NCBI GenBank assembly: GCA_001600815.1
Contig: BCKZ01000003.1
Location: 62,001-126,000 of the forward strand
DNA: 64,000 nucleotides
Direction: 5' to 3'
Source of the DNA: Alloascoidea hylecoeti
Lineage: Eukaryota
Part shown: positions 60,404-64,000 of the stretch, piece by piece
How the letters are laid out: each line of letters opens with the position of its first letter
Numbering within the stretch: the stretch's first letter is position 1
Notes under the pieces: generated by a model
Told to the model about the DNA's origin: nothing
What the model saw: the letters and a program-made list of their open reading frames with translations, nothing else
Databases searched by the model: none
Made by a program: the position numbers and the translations under genes

Positions 60404-61299
60404 ATTAGATTAAGTTATTTATCATTGGGCTCTTAAACTTGAATTGTAATTATAATCAAGTAGACATTCTCATATTTTCGGGTTTGCTTTTGTTTTATGC
60501 ATGTTAGTCTGTGTATATTATTTTGATGTTACTGGTTAGTGTTATTCCTTACGTTTTTGTTAAAAGTTATTCAAATTTACCTTTACAAATTTAATATAAT
60601 ATGGAATTTGCCATATGCAGTGAAGTCGCTAATTTGTGTGTCAAAATACATAGTTGCATGGTCATGAATGGTGAGCTTGTGTGAACATATCGTATCAATG
60701 TATTCGCGGCAAAAACCAGCTTACTTTCAGCTAAACATAAAAGTCACTATCATAGTAATTTATCTTAACACAATTGCAAAAACAATTAGAAAAATTTATA
60801 ATATATATATGATTCGTTTACCGCTAAATACATGGTGTTTTTATAATTAGTTCTCCACCTTATAATTACATAACATACCGGCATACCCTTTTCTTTTGAA
60901 ATATTAAGCTTAATTCTATTTTATTGTAGCTATAGTATACTTTTATATTTTACTGGGTATGGTGAGATTTGTATGGCACGTATTATGGAGTACATTAAAT
61001 CTCTATGTGACGTTAAAATGGGCTAATTATGGTCATTACCATTACGTTAATGGCCTTAAGCAAAATGTTATAGTCACATTTATTTGATTTTACTTGGTAA
61101 ATTAACTGTAAGGCCTTATAAAATGCTTTTAACTAGTACTGGTATTATAACTAATTATGGATTGCAGTGATATCAATTATATTGTGTTCAATTGCTTTGT
61201 GCCCAAATCGATAATAGCCATTACACGGCAGGGTAACGTTCGCTTTTTAACCTTCCGAACAAAAATCAACATATCAAGCAATTGCAAATACTGAAACAA

Positions 61300-61645
61300 A
61301 TGGGTGCTCCTTCGCCTACAACAACAGGTAGAGCCGTTTCTGTATTATTAGGAGCAACCATCGGTGGCTATTATGGATTCAAATTACTAGGCAAGGAATA
61401 TCAAATTGTAAGTGCATTGTGTATTCTATTTATATTATAGGCAATTCAATTAACATCCTCTCTAAAATTTATAGATAAAATGGGAACCATTACCTCCCGA
61501 TAGGCTAAACCCTGATGGCACTCCTAAACATAAGTTTAAGGTCTCATTCCGGAATGCTCAACCGTTAGAATTAACTGAACAAGCAAAGGAAAGAGAACAA
61601 AAAACGGCCAAAAAGTTAACATCGGAGGAGACAAGCAAAAGTTGA
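61300..61645 (+). CDS. Spliced 92-aa single-TM microprotein; exons 61300-61407 and 61475-61645
   Basis: AACAAATGG start; intron GTAAGT...ATTAAC...TAG keeps frame; product MGAPSPTTTGRAVSVLLGATIGGYYGFKLLGKEYQI|IKWEPLPPDRLNPDGTPKHKF... Confidence 0.7.
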
Positions 61646-62075
61646 TAATGAATATAACAGTTTCACGATGAACATGACCTTTACCCATATATATGTAAAT
61701 AGACTCACGATTAATATTGTAATTACAAATACTACAATTATTTGACAGGAAGGAAAACATTTCAACTTATAGTAATTAATTAGAATTAACCTATACAACA
61801 ACAGATTTTTAAGCAAAATTTTCTAGTTTTTTTCTTTTTTTTTATAATTCTTTGTGTAAATTTTCACATTAAAATCCAGAAAACCCAAAATACTAATGCT
61901 CGACAACTTCCTTCAGCTTAAAAGTCCTATGATAGATCATGTCTTTAAACGAATATAGAACAACTGAAGCATCAAGAGAGACAAAAATAAAAATAAATAC
62001 TTCATATCATAGTAAATAGAAAGAAATATCGAAACAAAAAAGTAGATGAAACAAAAAAAAAAATACAGGAAGGGT

Positions 62076-63965
62076 TTAGTTCACAGTTTCTGGTTCAACT
62101 GGTTCAGTATCTTTAGTATTCATGAATTCCTCATAGGCATCGTAAGCTTCTTCAAATCTTGAATTAAACAATCCTTCTTCTTCAAGTAGGGCAATGATCT
62201 CATTGTTGTCCAAGTCAAGCATCATACCAGTAATCTTACCGGCAATTTCTTGATCTTGAACTTTACCAAGAACCTTAGGATACAAAGCTTCACCAAGAAT
62301 TCTCTTCTGTTGGTCAACTGGAGCTCCATTCAAAGATTCTCTGATGTTGTTACCTGGACGAGAGGCATTCTTGGGGCCACGTCCTTGATGCTGTAGTCGG
62401 CCTTGAGGTGGGAACTCACCATAAACAGGTGCTACACCATATGGAACTGGTTGGCCTTGTGGACCGGGTCTGGCCCATTGTCCTTGAGGTGGGGGTGGAA
62501 TTCCACCAACTCTTGGAGGAACATTACCACCTTGGAAGAATTGTGGGTTTGGAGTGCCAAATGGGACGTTACCTCTAGTTCCAGGAGGGATAAAGCCTGG
62601 TTGTTGTTGGCCGTAAAACATGGGAGGAATGAATTGTGCTGGAATTCCGCCAGCAGCAGCTTGTTGCAATCTCATTTGGTTTCTGGCTTGAATCTGTTGT
62701 TCCAATTGTCCCCGTCTGACGTCTCTTCTTTGGGCTAGAGCAACGTAGAGAGGCTTACCCTGAACCATACGTTGATTCATTTCGGTGACAGCTTTTGTAG
62801 CTTCTTCGGGAGATGAAAAGCAAACAAAACCGAAGCCTTTAGATTTTCCACTGTCATCAGTCATAACTTTAGCTGATGTAATAGTACCAAAAGCTCCAAA
62901 TTCCTCATGAAGTTTTTCATCATCAATAGAGTCATCGAGATTCTTAACGAAAAGGTTAACACCTTGATATTTGTTCAATTTCTCTTGTCTAGCAGCATCA
63001 TGTTGCTTTTTGAGTTCTTCGACTCTCTCGTATTTCTTCTGAGCACGTCCAACATATAATTTCTTACCCTTGAAGTCAGATTCGTTTAAAGCTTCGACGG
63101 CCTTAATGGCTGATTCATGGTCTTCATAGTTAATGAAACCAAATCCACGGGATTTTCCTTCGCTATCACGACCAAGAGCAACTGAAGTAGTTTTACCATA
63201 TCTATTGAATAATTCAGAAATCTCTTCCTCAGAAGCCTCAGTATCAACATTTTTAACGTAAACATTGGTATAGTTGGCCTTCATTTCTTCAAATTTGGAC
63301 TGTCTATCTTTTCTTGGGATATGTGGACCAACAAAAACCTCTCTATTGTTCAAAAGCATACCATTGACATTATTGACAGCGGCGTCAGCAGCCTCAGCAG
63401 TTTCGTAGTGGACAAAACCGAACCCTTTAGAAATACCAAATTGATCAGTGGCAACTTTACAGGAAAGAATTCTGCCGAAAGCGGAAAAGGTGTCATGAAG
63501 AGCCTTGTTGTCAATAGCAGGATCCAAATTTTTGATAAAGATATTACCTGTACCATTCTTTCTTTTTGAAGGATCTCTCTGAGACCACATAATACGGCAT
63601 GGAACACCCTTAATTGGGGTATAGTTAAGTTCATCAATAGCACGTTCACCGTCAGAGACTGTTTGGAAATTGACATAAGCATAACCTAAAGATCTCTTGG
63701 TGACGGCGTCACGACAAACACGAATAGAAGAAACTTGACCAATTTGGGAAAAGAATTCGAAAAGAGTGGCTTCATTTACTTCTGGAAGAAGTTCACCAAC
63801 ATATAATGAGGCAGAGACTTCAGTAGATTCGGATGGTGTCTCGGCATTTTCATCGGCGGCAGCTTCAGATGGGGTTTCTGGAGTAGGTTCCTCAGCTTTG
63901 GTGTCTTTGATGGAAAGTTTTTCAAAGGCCTGTTCGGCGGCAGCAGTAGCAGCGTCAGTAGACAT
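62076..63965 (-). CDS. PAB1: Poly(A)-binding protein
   Basis: Four RRMs ([34 protein letters not shown]) and a PABC domain ([10 protein letters not shown]...AGKITGMML). Confidence 0.97.
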   Translation of the reverse strand: MSTDAATAAAEQAFEKLSIKDTKAEEPTPETPSEAAADENAETPSESTEVSASLYVGELLPEVNEATLFEFFSQIGQVSSIRVCRDAVTKRSLGYAYVNFQTVSDGERAIDELNYTPIKGVPCRIMWSQRDPSKRKNGTGNIFIKNLDPAIDNKALHDTFSAFGRILSCKVATDQFGISKGFGFVHYETAEAADAAVNNVNGMLLNNREVFVGPHIPRKDRQSKFEEMKANYTNVYVKNVDTEASEEEISELFNRYGKTTSVALGRDSEGKSRGFGFINYEDHESAIKAVEALNESDFKGKKLYVGRAQKKYERVEELKKQHDAARQEKLNKYQGVNLFVKNLDDSIDDEKLHEEFGAFGTITSAKVMTDDSGKSKGFGFVCFSSPEEATKAVTEMNQRMVQGKPLYVALAQRRDVRRGQLEQQIQARNQMRLQQAAAGGIPAQFIPPMFYGQQQPGFIPPGTRGNVPFGTPNPQFFQGGNVPPRVGGIPPPPQGQWARPGPQGQPVPYGVAPVYGEFPPQGRLQHQGRGPKNASRPGNNIRESLNGAPVDQQKRILGEALYPKVLGKVQDQEIAGKITGMMLDLDNNEIIALLEEEGLFNSRFEEAYDAYEEFMNTKDTEPVEPETVN

Positions 63966-64000
63966 TTCTTAAAAAAATATAATTTAAATTAAAAGAATTG

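Overview
This is AT-rich fungal nuclear DNA, most likely an intron-rich, early-diverging Saccharomycotina yeast (inferred from gene content, short introns with degenerate CTAAC/CTAAT/TTAAC branch sites, and TilS, CSN4 and NDUFAF8 genes). It holds about 26 protein genes: a PX-PH protein (partial), Slk19/TACC-like, CAR1, Vip1-like, GDE1, BRR2, PDA1, VID28, a SUZ protein, a UBL-BAG protein, TilS-like, AAR2, ILS1, NDUFAF8-like, ATG8, NUP170, PET112, CSN4, ULS1-like, GSP1, YHC1/U1-C, an ADIP-like protein, a small Ser/Pro-rich protein, a GABA-type permease, a spliced microprotein and PAB1. There are also two tRNAs, Asp-GTC and intron-containing Trp-CCA. The most notable observation is intron 1 of the U1-C (YHC1) gene, which restores the canonical MPKYFCDYC N-terminus only if spliced as a non-canonical ATAAGT...AC (AT-AC) intron; competing GT and AG sites suggest a possible splicing autoregulatory switch. 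Other highlights are a decayed Crypton/Ndc10-like tyrosine-recombinase pseudogene, an unidentified structured ncRNA locus near 28.1-28.6 kb, several spliced small genes missed by the ORF track, a sharp GC-rich island and a ~6 kb gene desert. All family assignments come from motif recognition by eye; no searches were run.
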